DNA of 64,000 nucleotides from Candidatus Omnitrophota bacterium. Its GTDB lineage: Bacteria > Omnitrophota > Gorgyraeia > Zapsychrales > Fredricksoniimonadaceae. The notes beneath the pieces were generated by a model. The model saw only the letters and a list, made by a program, of their open reading frames with translations. It had not been told where the DNA came from and searched no databases. The stretch covers positions 8,457 through 72,456 of the forward strand of contig JAGWKL010000004.1 of the NCBI GenBank assembly GCA_028865345.1, given 5' to 3'. Made by a program: the position numbers and the translations under genes. Positions 34,160-42,854 of this stretch are shown in pieces. The first letter of the stretch is position 1; each line of letters begins with the position of its first letter.

Positions 34160-34756
34160 CTAAAAAACTTTAAACAAATTGCCTTCCAGTAATCTTTCAT
34201 TGATTCTGTTGAGGAGTTCCTTGGTTTTATAGGAAACATCCTTCCAGTCATGCAGCACGTCCTGGACGCCTTGGCTGGTCCCCTGCAGGGAAATGGCCGT
34301 CCTGGTGATGACTGCGGCCATGTCCTCCACGTCCAGCGGGTCCTCGCCGATAATCGGCGCGGTGGGGTCAAACGGTTTTAGAGCGTGGTCCTCGCTGATC
34401 TCGATGAGCTTCTGGCCCAGGACCCCTTCCGTCCTGATGCTGACCCTGGAACATTTAAGGAACTCGAATTCATATTTTTTGTAAATGTCCATGGTCACCT
34501 TGAGGCTTCGCCCTTCGATGGGCTGCCTCAGAAAATCGACCGACCCCACCACCCCCACATCAACCCCGGAAATGCGGATGGGAGAACCCTCGACCAGGCC
34601 GCCGACCTGGTTAAAAAGGGCGATCACCTGGAATTTTGGTTCTGTCAGTCCGCGGTCGATGCCGATCACAAAAATACTGACTGCGATCAGTGCCAGACCT
34701 GCGATAAAAAACAAGCCCGCCGTTATTTTCTTAATACTCCCGCCGTTGTTCTCCAT
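34160..34756 (-). CDS. mlaD: MlaD-like MCE-domain protein (ABC transporter periplasmic component)
   Basis: N-terminal transmembrane helix followed by an MCE domain (FQVIALFNQVGGLVEGSPIRISGVDVGVVGSV). Confidence 0.7.
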   Translation of the reverse strand: MENNGGSIKKITAGLFFIAGLALIAVSIFVIGIDRGLTEPKFQVIALFNQVGGLVEGSPIRISGVDVGVVGSVDFLRQPIEGRSLKVTMDIYKKYEFEFLKCSRVSIRTEGVLGQKLIEISEDHALKPFDPTAPIIGEDPLDVEDMAAVITRTAISLQGTSQGVQDVLHDWKDVSYKTKELLNRINERLLEGNLFKVF

Positions 34757-34822
34757 GATCCTCCCTGTCCGCCTAAGTTTTTGAGCAGGCCCCGAGTCTG
34801 GGGACGTCTCCGGGGGCAGGCC

Positions 34823-35551
34823 TTACGAAGTCGCTGCCTGCAAAAATTCCTGCACAAACGGTTCTTTCGATTCCTTTAATTGCCGGGCCGTTCCCTCGGC
34901 CGCGATACGGCATTCATTAATAATCAGGAGCCTGGTGGCGATCCGCAGCGCATTGCCCACATCATGGGATGTCATCACCGTGGTGGAGCCGATTTGCCGG
35001 GACACGTGGCAAATCAAATCCGAGATGTCCCGGCTGCGGATAGGATCCAGGCCGGAGGTCGGCTCATCACATAAAAGGACCTTGGCCCCCAGCACAATGG
35101 CCCGGGCCAAACCCACTCTTTTTTTCATGCCGCCGCTCAACTCTCCCGGTATTTTGGATTCCACCCCCTGAAGGTCCACCAGTTTCAAAACTTCGCGCAC
35201 ACGCGCGGCCACCTCCACTTTTGAAAGCCTGGTATGTTCCCTCAACGGAAAAGCCACATTATCATAAATATCCATAAAATCGTACAAGGCCCCTTCCTGG
35301 AACAGATATCCCATATCATGGCGCACCTTCAAGAGCTTCTCTTCACTTAAAGAACCGATGTCCACACCATTGATAATGACTTCTCCCCGGTCCGGACGGA
35401 TAAGTCCGATCAAATGTTTCAGGAGCACGGTCTTTCCGGCACCGCTTAAACCTAAAACGGCAAGTATCTCACCCCGGGCCACATTAAAAGAGATGTTTTC
35501 CAGCACCTGCTGGCCGCCCAACTGCTTATACAGGCCTTCGACTTTAATCAT
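34823..35551 (-). CDS. mlaF: MlaF-like ABC transporter ATP-binding protein
   Basis: Walker A GLSGAGKT. Signature LSGGMKKRVGLARA. Walker B LLCDEPTSGLD. The start was moved to the internal ATG at 35549-35551 (MIKVEGL). Confidence 0.8.
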   Translation of the reverse strand: MIKVEGLYKQLGGQQVLENISFNVARGEILAVLGLSGAGKTVLLKHLIGLIRPDRGEVIINGVDIGSLSEEKLLKVRHDMGYLFQEGALYDFMDIYDNVAFPLREHTRLSKVEVAARVREVLKLVDLQGVESKIPGELSGGMKKRVGLARAIVLGAKVLLCDEPTSGLDPIRSRDISDLICHVSRQIGSTTVMTSHDVGNALRIATRLLIINECRIAAEGTARQLKESKEPFVQEFLQAATS

Positions 35552-35894
35552 AATCCCGCCGTTCCCAATAACGGAACTTATTTTTATCAAATTTCGTATA
35601 AATGCGGCTGTAGGGCTGAGTGTCGATTTTTGCCACAAAAACCTGCACCCCTCTGTATTCACCGACCTCGTAAACTTCCGAATCGCTCATGACCTCGTAA
35701 TCATCGACGGGGTACCATTTGTCCCCTTCGAATTGGATGGGCTGGCCATTGCGGATCCACCCCGCTTCGACCGCCGGAGCCGGATAACTTTGCACATCAC
35801 CGCCGTTTTGGGAAGGCGCCGACGCACAGCCGGCCGTCAATGCCATGAGCGCCAACCCTATTGCCATGGTAAGGAGTCTTCGCCGATCGTTCAT
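35544..35894 (-). CDS. Lipoprotein of unknown function inserted between mlaE and mlaF
   Basis: Lipobox LALMALTAGC. Shine-Dalgarno GGGGTGA. Aromatic/acidic-rich, 116 aa. Confidence 0.5.
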   Translation of the reverse strand: MNDRRRLLTMAIGLALMALTAGCASAPSQNGGDVQSYPAPAVEAGWIRNGQPIQFEGDKWYPVDDYEVMSDSEVYEVGEYRGVQVFVAKIDTQPYSRIYTKFDKNKFRYWERRDYD

Positions 35895-35897
35895 ACG

Positions 35898-36689
35898 TCA
35901 CCCCCAAAATGTTAAAATGATCTTGGTCAAAACAGTATTGGATATGATCACCGCAATATAGGAATACGCCACCGCCTTGGTGGTGAAACGTCCCACACCC
36001 ACGGCCCCGCCTCGCGTGAAAAACCCCTGATAGCTGCAGATCCATGCGATGATGACGGCAAAGAAAAAGACCTTGATAAACCCGCTGAAGAAATCCACGT
36101 AACCAACCGCTTCCAGGGTCTCGTGGATATAAAACGGCCCGGGCGTATGCGCCTGGGTCACGGCGATCAAGTAGCCTCCGGCAATGCCGAAGAATTCAGA
36201 AATAATGACCAGCACCGGCAATACCAGGAAACAAGCCAGAAACCGCGGGACCACCAAATACTCAAGAGGGTCGACCCCCATGGCGCGCGTCGCCAGGATC
36301 TGGTCATGGGTGGCCATCGTCCCCAATTCCGCGGTCATCCCCGCTCCGGCCTTGCCGGAAAAAATAAGCGAGGTAAAAACAGGGCTGAGTTCCCTGATCA
36401 GGGACAACGCCACAAGCCGCGCGATAAACTCCTTGGCGCCGAAGCGCTGCAGGGTGATAGAACCCTGCAATCCCAGCACAGCCCCCGTGGCCAGCGACGT
36501 CAGGATGACGATGACCGTCGTCTGCACACCCTGCTCGTACATCTGGTCCAGAACAGCGCCCCACCGCACCCGGCCGCGGGCGATCAGGGAGCAGATGTTC
36601 CCTAAAAAGAAAATGGCCTCGCCGGTGCTGTGCAGATGTGCATAAACGCTTTTGAGCAAACGGTCCGTCATTACTTTTCTTTCAGCCAA
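35898..36689 (-). CDS. mlaE: MlaE-like ABC transporter permease
   Basis: About 260 aa with 5-6 transmembrane helices. Permease motif region GAKEFIARLVALSLIRELSPVFTSL. Confidence 0.7.
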   Translation of the reverse strand: MAERKVMTDRLLKSVYAHLHSTGEAIFFLGNICSLIARGRVRWGAVLDQMYEQGVQTTVIVILTSLATGAVLGLQGSITLQRFGAKEFIARLVALSLIRELSPVFTSLIFSGKAGAGMTAELGTMATHDQILATRAMGVDPLEYLVVPRFLACFLVLPVLVIISEFFGIAGGYLIAVTQAHTPGPFYIHETLEAVGYVDFFSGFIKVFFFAVIIAWICSYQGFFTRGGAVGVGRFTTKAVAYSYIAVIISNTVLTKIILTFWG

Positions 36690-37159
36690 AGGCGGCGGAG
36701 TTCTTTGTTGATCATCTCCTGCCGGATTAAAGATATGTTCTTGGCGGCGGATCCCCCTGAAGAGAACTCTCCCCTTGAGAAGCAGGACGCTGTCCCCTTT
36801 GTAAAAGCCGCCACCTTCATCACCCTGGCGCCCAAACTGCGCGCGTATAGGAATATGTCCTTGTCATCGGATACAACCACACAGGTTTTTATTTCCTGGT
36901 CCTCCCGGACCATGCGTTTGATGGCGTCGTCCGCCGATCCTTGCGAAAAGATCACCCGTATCTCCTGCTGGAGCATGGAGCCCATCTGGTCCGAATGCCC
37001 ATCAAAGACAACGGTGACCTTGTTATTCACGCTTCCCTGCGGGCGTGCGGTGTCAATCCATTTTAAAAGAGCGCGGCGTCCCTCTTCAAGAGGAAGTTTG
37101 TCGAAGTCAGGGACTTGTTTGAGAATATTGTACCCGTCCAGAAGGTAATGTAGAGACAT
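36671..37159 (-). CDS. NYN-domain (YacP/Rae1-like) RNA-binding / RNase-like protein
   Basis: HYLLDGYNILKQ ... VVFDG ... VVVSDD, typical of the YacP-like NYN fold. Confidence 0.6.
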   Translation of the reverse strand: MSLHYLLDGYNILKQVPDFDKLPLEEGRRALLKWIDTARPQGSVNNKVTVVFDGHSDQMGSMLQQEIRVIFSQGSADDAIKRMVREDQEIKTCVVVSDDKDIFLYARSLGARVMKVAAFTKGTASCFSRGEFSSGGSAAKNISLIRQEMINKELRRLWLKEK

Positions 37160-38078
37160 AAATCAACCCGCATAAAAGCCCGTTAAGGATGTTAAACGCA
37201 GAATTCACCAGGCTTAAGCCCCCCGCCATCTCCTTGGACACTCCTACCAAAGGAAGCAAATAGACCCAGCCGATCTCCCTGAAACCAAGTCCGCCGATGG
37301 AAGGCAGGCATGTCACGACACAGACAATAGGAGAAAAGATAATAAAGTAGACCAGGGAGACGTTCATATGCATGCCTAAGGCCGTCAAATAAAATTCGAA
37401 TGCCAGGACGATCTGGGCGAGAATGGAAATCATGATGGCTTCCCAGCCGTTTCTTTGCCTGCCCTTTAAAAGCACGATGTCATAGTGCATCCTCATCAGG
37501 TTTTCCCTGACCTTGGGCCAGGCATGAAAAGCCCTGCACGCAAAAGAAAAAATCCGGTGGCTGAAGAGCACGACAACAAAAGCCCCCGAGGTTACGCTGA
37601 GTGCCAGGATGGCCCCGATGACCAGTTTATTTTTAATGATGCCGTGCCCCAGAAGATAAGCCGCTACGGCCAGGATGACGATGCCCGCAAACCCCGATAA
37701 ACGGTCCAGGACGATGGAAGCAAATATTTTAGGCTTATGTCCGGTCTCCTGGGCGAGTCCCAGGCCCCTGATCACATCGCTTCCGACGCTGGAGATGGGC
37801 GCCAGGCCGCAGAATTGCGATATGAAATACCAGCGCATGCTGGAAAAACTTTTAGGTTGAAGTCCCAGGGCTTTCATCAGGATCCGCCACCTCCAGACGA
37901 TCAGAAAATTGATCAGGAAAAAAATAACGCCGGCGGCGCTCATATAGCGCATGTCCGAATCCTTGATAGCCAGCCATATGTGCCTGTAATCAATGGTCAT
38001 GAAAAGCCAGGTCAGCAAACCCAGACTTAAAAGAAATGGAAGCGCCGTGGTAAAAATATTCCTGTGTTTTGCCGTCAT
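37107..38078 (-). CDS. Polytopic membrane protein (lysylphosphatidylglycerol-synthase-TM / flippase-like family)
   Basis: 8 transmembrane helices. The start was set at MTAKHRNIF (ATG 38076-38078), which makes an ATGA overlap with the lipA stop. Confidence 0.4.
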   Translation of the reverse strand: MTAKHRNIFTTALPFLLSLGLLTWLFMTIDYRHIWLAIKDSDMRYMSAAGVIFFLINFLIVWRWRILMKALGLQPKSFSSMRWYFISQFCGLAPISSVGSDVIRGLGLAQETGHKPKIFASIVLDRLSGFAGIVILAVAAYLLGHGIIKNKLVIGAILALSVTSGAFVVVLFSHRIFSFACRAFHAWPKVRENLMRMHYDIVLLKGRQRNGWEAIMISILAQIVLAFEFYLTALGMHMNVSLVYFIIFSPIVCVVTCLPSIGGLGFREIGWVYLLPLVGVSKEMAGGLSLVNSAFNILNGLLCGLIYVSTLPSGRVQYSQTSP

Positions 38079-38989
38079 GGGGCCGTCCTTCTTTGGGCCG
38101 CTTGGAATCCCCGTTCGGCAATATAGGAACTGCGCACGAGGGGGCCGCTTTCTACGTGCACGAAACCCATCTCCAGGCCTTTTTGGCGCCAATACTCGAA
38201 GGCCCCGGGGGAATAGAACTTCTCCACCGGCAAATGGCGTTTGGTCCTGGTGGGTGCCAGGTATTGGCCGATCGTCAGGATTCGGCAGCCGGTTGCGAGA
38301 AGCTCTTTCATCACCTCAAGGATTTCCTCATCGGTCTCGCCGAGACCGAGCATCACGGACGATTTAACAAAGCTGCCGGGGTTAAGTTTGCTAAAGGCCC
38401 GAAGCACCGCCAAAGACCTCTCATGCAAGGCTTGCGGACGGACACGGGGACTCAGGCGCCTGACCGTCTCGATATTATGCGCGATCACTTCAGGCGCGGC
38501 TGCGCTTAATATTTTCAGAGACTCTTCTTTAGCGGAAAAATCCGGAACCAGTACTTCGATTTTCACTTCCGGCGTAAGGGACCGGATGGCCGCGATCGTT
38601 CGGACGAACTGGCCGGCCCCTTCGTCCTCGACATCGTCACGCGCCACCGACGTTATCACCACATAACGCAAGGCCAGTTCTTTGACCGCCAGCGCCACGT
38701 TTTGAGGTTCCTCTGCATCCACGAGATCCGGACGTCCGGCGGGGACTGAACAAAAACGGCAGGCACGGGTGCAGGTCCCCCCCAAAATCATAAAAGTCGC
38801 CACTCCTTCTTTCCAGCAGGTCCCCATGTTGGGGCAATGGGCGCTTTCACAGACGGTGTGCAGGCGGCCGGCCTTAAAAAGGGCCTTCATGTCCCTGATC
38901 TTATCCATGTCCGGGACCTCCACCCTGAACCACTCCGGCAGCTTCACCAGACCGGAATCAAATTTTTGTCCTGTAAGCATCGTCATCAC
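38075..38989 (-). CDS. lipA: Lipoyl synthase
   Basis: Auxiliary cluster CESAHCPNMGTC. Radical-SAM motif CTRACRFCSV. Confidence 0.9.
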   Translation of the reverse strand: MMTMLTGQKFDSGLVKLPEWFRVEVPDMDKIRDMKALFKAGRLHTVCESAHCPNMGTCWKEGVATFMILGGTCTRACRFCSVPAGRPDLVDAEEPQNVALAVKELALRYVVITSVARDDVEDEGAGQFVRTIAAIRSLTPEVKIEVLVPDFSAKEESLKILSAAAPEVIAHNIETVRRLSPRVRPQALHERSLAVLRAFSKLNPGSFVKSSVMLGLGETDEEILEVMKELLATGCRILTIGQYLAPTRTKRHLPVEKFYSPGAFEYWRQKGLEMGFVHVESGPLVRSSYIAERGFQAAQRRTAP

Positions 38990-39494
38990 CTAAGACCTTG
39001 CCGACATAAGAACCGTTTTTAAGCTGCGATAAAATTTTCGAACGGTCCCTGGGGTTCAAATAGTCCAGGATCAATTTGCCCTGGAGGTGGTCATATTCAT
39101 GCTGGAACACCTTGGCCACAAGCCCGTTTAACTGCGCCCGCACGCGGCGGTTGGCGGCGTCGATATATTCCACCCAAACAGTTTTGGCGCGCTTGACATC
39201 CACCAGCACCCGGGGAATGCTCAGGCATCCTTCTTCCATGACGTCGTGGCCGACAGATTTGACGATCTTGGGATTGACGACGACAAAGGTTTCCTTGCCC
39301 GTGTCCACCACGAAAATCTGTTCATTGATGCCCACCTGGGGCGCTGCCAGTCCCACCCCTTTATAGGCGGCCATGGTCTCAAACATCGCTGAAATCAGCA
39401 TGCGCTCGACCGGCCCGACCTCCTTGACCGGCTTGGATTTTGCCTCCAGGCAAGGGTCGCCGTAAAGCCTGACTTTTAAAGGACCGAATTCCAT
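38958..39494 (-). CDS. def: Peptide deformylase
   Basis: Motifs GVGLAAPQVG, EGCLSIP and QHEYDHLQG. Confidence 0.9.
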   Translation of the reverse strand: MEFGPLKVRLYGDPCLEAKSKPVKEVGPVERMLISAMFETMAAYKGVGLAAPQVGINEQIFVVDTGKETFVVVNPKIVKSVGHDVMEEGCLSIPRVLVDVKRAKTVWVEYIDAANRRVRAQLNGLVAKVFQHEYDHLQGKLILDYLNPRDRSKILSQLKNGSYVGKVLGDDDAYRTKI

Positions 39495-39499
39495 CTATT

Positions 39500-39853
39500 T
39501 TAAGACTTTTTTATTTTATTTGAAGGGCCAAGATATACGATTTTGGGTACAAGGTGCCTGGCTTCATCGGCTTCCAGCAGACCATAACTTAAAATGATCA
39601 CCCGGTCGCCGACGTAGCCGTGGCGCGCCGCAGGCCCGTTTAAACAAACCACACCAGAAGCGGGATTGCCCGCGATCACATACGTTTCCAGGCGGTGCCC
39701 GGAGCTTTCATTGAGCACATGCACTTTTTCACCCGGGATGATACCGGCGGCCTTGAGGACATCGGAATCAATGGTGATGCTGCCTTCATAATGCAGCTCA
39801 GCCTGGGTGATGGTGGCATGGCTAATTTTGGATTTCAACACTTCGATGAACAT
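39500..39853 (-). CDS. panD: Aspartate 1-decarboxylase
   Basis: GSITID self-processing site context (YEGSITIDS). 117 aa. Confidence 0.85.
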   Translation of the reverse strand: MFIEVLKSKISHATITQAELHYEGSITIDSDVLKAAGIIPGEKVHVLNESSGHRLETYVIAGNPASGVVCLNGPAARHGYVGDRVIILSYGLLEADEARHLVPKIVYLGPSNKIKKS

Positions 39854-39868
39854 AACTGCTCCTAAACA

Positions 39869-40189
39869 TTAAAGATGGGGGTTGATCTTTGCCAACAGCC
39901 TGTCTTTAGGCAGGGCCCCCACGATCTGGTCCACCGGCTTGCCGCCTTTAAAGATCAACAGCGTCGGAATAGACATGACGTTGAATTCCCCTGCCAATTG
40001 GGGGGATTCATCCACATTGACCTTTGCTATCTTCATTTTACCCTGCAACTCCGACGATAACTGATCGATAACAGGGGCGATCATCTTGCACGGGCCGCAC
40101 CATTCCGCCCAAAAATCGACCAGCACGGGCTGCGTCGATTTGACGACCTCAGCTTCAAAATTCTTTTCATCCAAATGTAAAGCACCCAT
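39869..40189 (-). CDS. trxA: Thioredoxin
   Basis: WAEWCGPCK active site. ATG at 40187-40189 with an AAGGA Shine-Dalgarno (107 aa). The upstream ORF extension is probably not translated. Confidence 0.9.
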   Translation of the reverse strand: MGALHLDEKNFEAEVVKSTQPVLVDFWAEWCGPCKMIAPVIDQLSSELQGKMKIAKVNVDESPQLAGEFNVMSIPTLLIFKGGKPVDQIVGALPKDRLLAKINPHL

Positions 40190-40332
40190 AACAATCCTTT
40201 CGTTGGCAATAAAAAATCCCAATATTGATCCTTTGGGAAAGGTAGACCTATTATATAATCAGAAAAGACATATATCAAATATTATCACACGTTTACATGT
40301 TCATTCCTTAATTCTAAAATATAAAACTTATA

Positions 40333-41493
40333 TCAATGGGCCAATAAACGGCAGATCTGTCCTATAAAAATCCCCTCATAAGCGCCGAGGCTGTGCCCCA
40401 GAATGGCCAGCAAGAGCCCCACGCAGGCGAAGCCTGGTTGGTAGATTTCCGCCACCACCGGCGCGGAAACCAGTCCCGCGATATTGGACATGGACGCTGT
40501 GGCCACCAAGAATAACGGAGCCCGGATGAGCCTTGCCGTGGCGAGCAATACGGTAAAATGGACGGCTATGACCAGCACCCCGGCTACGATCAAAATACCG
40601 GCCGTGGCGGCATGGCTCAAACTGGCGCGGGCGCCGATCGAGGTCAGTACAAAATATAATATCCATTTTCCGGTTTTGTCGCTGCCGGTAGGCGCAATAC
40701 GCCTGACAGTCGTCATGGACATGACAATTGCCGTGGTGGAAACCAGGATGATGCTCCAGGCGTAAGGCGAAAGCACCGCCGGCAAATACACAGACAATGC
40801 CCGGCAGCATCTTGAAACGATCAGGGCCAATCCTATCATTAACACCGCCTTGGGCCAATGCACGGGCTGTTTATCGGTTTTGGAAAAACCCCTGGTACGT
40901 TGGGCCAGATCATCCAGGATCCGGCGGTCGGCACGGTTGAAATCATCGAATTTCTTTTGCTGCGATGCCAGGGCGACCAAAATCCCCATCCACGTATAAG
41001 GCACAATGGTGTCCACAATGACCATCGGCAGGAAAACGGAGTCCGGCGCGTTCAACGCTTCCTTGACCGCGATCATATTGGCGCTGCCCCCGGTCCAGGA
41101 AGCGGACAAGGCGCCGAACCCCGACCAGAATTGCGCCCCTACCAGGGGCTTGAACACAACGAAGCTTATGACCATGCCAAGCCAGATGCCGATTGACCCG
41201 GCAAAAAACATCACCAGTGACTTGGGGCCAAGACGCCAGACAGACTTGATGTCCAGGTTGAGCAGCAGCAGAAACAGCGCCGGAGGCAGGAGATATTCGG
41301 TGATCCGGGCGTATAACGGGCTTTTGGGGTCGATGAGGCCGCAGGTGGACAGGACCATGGGCAGAAAATAGATCCAGAACATCGACGGGAGAAACTTGAA
41401 CAGGAATTTCGTGCGCTCATGCCCGGCCAAATACAGAACGCCCGCCTCAACGGACAACAAAATAAGAATAAGAAAGAAATAATTATGGATCAT
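40333..41493 (-). CDS. Polytopic membrane protein (DUF819-like)
   Basis: About 386 aa with 10-12 transmembrane helices. The start was set at ATG 41491-41493. The ORF-track start at 41562 is GTG. Confidence 0.4.
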   Translation of the reverse strand: MIHNYFFLILILLSVEAGVLYLAGHERTKFLFKFLPSMFWIYFLPMVLSTCGLIDPKSPLYARITEYLLPPALFLLLLNLDIKSVWRLGPKSLVMFFAGSIGIWLGMVISFVVFKPLVGAQFWSGFGALSASWTGGSANMIAVKEALNAPDSVFLPMVIVDTIVPYTWMGILVALASQQKKFDDFNRADRRILDDLAQRTRGFSKTDKQPVHWPKAVLMIGLALIVSRCCRALSVYLPAVLSPYAWSIILVSTTAIVMSMTTVRRIAPTGSDKTGKWILYFVLTSIGARASLSHAATAGILIVAGVLVIAVHFTVLLATARLIRAPLFLVATASMSNIAGLVSAPVVAEIYQPGFACVGLLLAILGHSLGAYEGIFIGQICRLLAH

Positions 41494-41650
41494 AAATGAA
41501 GGGAATAAATTTGATTTTTTCTGTCCCCTGGTATTCGGCCATAGTATTTCCCTCGCAGGCACGCTTTGCCCGCGTCCAGCGACGCGGCAACGCTCGTGCC
41601 CGGGAAGATTTGCCGCGGCCGAATACGCAATATTACAAAAATAAATCCGT

Positions 41651-41789
41651 ACGTTATAAGGGATAAGTTTGTTCTTTTGGCAACAGTAAATTTTTTAGCC
41701 AAAGCATGAGACCTTTGGCGGCCCCGCCATAGGCGGGGCAAAAAACGAGCGAAGCCTGTTGCCAAAAAACAAACTTATCCCTTATATGT
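41651..41789. mobile_element. MITE-like element / long inverted-repeat hairpin (about 139 bp)
   Basis: Left arm 41651-41686 ACGTTATAAGGGATAAGTTTGTTCTTTTGGCAACAG and right arm 41756-41789 CTGTTGCCAAAAAACAAACTTATCCCTTATATGT are reverse complements of each other, matching about 31 of 34 with one indel. They flank a 69-bp core that itself contains a perfect 8-bp hairpin (GCCCCGCC ATA GGCGGGGC). The element has no coding capacity. The right arm supplies the last 5 codons and the stop of the epimerase gene. Confidence 0.5.
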
Positions 41790-42854
41790 AATACCGATAC
41801 CGGCTTTGACCCTGCTTAAATCGTAAACCCCGTCGTGGGAAAGATACGGATTGCGGGCGGTTTCGCCTTTGATGAAAAACGGCGTGTCCAGGTCGATGAA
41901 ATCAAAATAACCCAGACCCGCCGCCAGGTGCGCCGAGGCCGTCATGGCGAGATTCGATTCCATCATCCCGCCGATCATGAGCTTAATGCCTGCGGCATGG
42001 GCTATGCGGCTGATTGCCAGCGCATGCACCAGCCCGCTCTTCATCAATTTAATATTAACGGCGCCTGCCGCTTTTTCCTTGATGATGCTAAGCACATCAG
42101 CCACCGATGAGCATGATTCATCCGCACAGACACACACCCTGGATTCGCGCGTGACTTTCTTTAAACCCTCCCAATCGGCCTTGGGCACGGGTTGTTCGAT
42201 CAAATCCGGTACGATGCCGATCTTGCTTAAACTCTTTAAAAACTGCAAGGTCTGACGGGCAGAATATCCTTGATTAGCATCCAGGATGATCTTAGAACGG
42301 GCGGTGATGCGGCAGACAGCTTCCACGCGCTTGAAATCCAGGTCCATATCACGCCCGATCTTGATTTTAAAGGCCCGAAAACCTTTTTTGTAAAAAGCCT
42401 CGGCCTTATCTTCGGTTTCTTCAAGATCAGCGATCACAATAGTGATGTCGGTGCGCAAAGTTTTAGGCCTGCTCGCCCATAGGCGCCATAAAGGCAGGCG
42501 CAAATGTCGGCTCAGCGCATCGAAGGCGGCCATCTCGACGGCGGCCACGGCACTTTTATTATCCGGCAGCCGTTCGTGCAGCCGGGCCGAAAGGTTTAAA
42601 TAATCATTGATGGACTTGGCCGTAAGCCAGGCCCCGGCCTGTTTTAAATTCTTGAAGGTCTGTTCAATGGTTTCGCCCGTGATATGCGTCGCCACGGCAG
42701 CTTCGCCGAAGCCTCTGGCGCCGCCGGCCGTCTGGAGCATGAACAGGACATTATCCAGGCTCTCGTGTTGGCCGCCGGCTACGCGGAAAGGTTGATGCAA
42801 AGGCGCTTGCAGGGGTTTCAGGGAAGTTTTAACGACGAGCAATGGGTCATTCAA
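41775..42854 (-). CDS. Enolase-superfamily dipeptide epimerase (L-Ala-D/L-Glu epimerase-like)
   Basis: KIKIGRD (Lys general base and metal-binding region). DANQGYS. IEQPV and VCADES. About 359 aa. Apparent TTG start at 42852-42854. Confidence 0.75.
   Translation of the reverse strand: MNDPLLVVKTSLKPLQAPLHQPFRVAGGQHESLDNVLFMLQTAGGARGFGEAAVATHITGETIEQTFKNLKQAGAWLTAKSINDYLNLSARLHERLPDNKSAVAAVEMAAFDALSRHLRLPLWRLWASRPKTLRTDITIVIADLEETEDKAEAFYKKGFRAFKIKIGRDMDLDFKRVEAVCRITARSKIILDANQGYSARQTLQFLKSLSKIGIVPDLIEQPVPKADWEGLKKVTRESRVCVCADESCSSVADVLSIIKEKAAGAVNIKLMKSGLVHALAISRIAHAAGIKLMIGGMMESNLAMTASAHLAAGLGYFDFIDLDTPFFIKGETARNPYLSHDGVYDLSRVKAGIGITYKG

Noticed and set aside
41719-41745. Perfect 8-bp GC hairpin (GCCCCGCC ATA GGCGGGGC) as a terminator for the epimerase or the DUF819 gene.
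   Set aside because: It lacks a U-tract in the minus-strand orientation; the T-run precedes the hairpin. It is better explained as part of the MITE-like element core.
41490-41765. 91-aa minus-strand ORF spanning the MITE-like element.
   Set aside because: The translation is Arg-rich junk across an inverted repeat, with no ribosome-binding site. The region is better explained as non-coding repeat.
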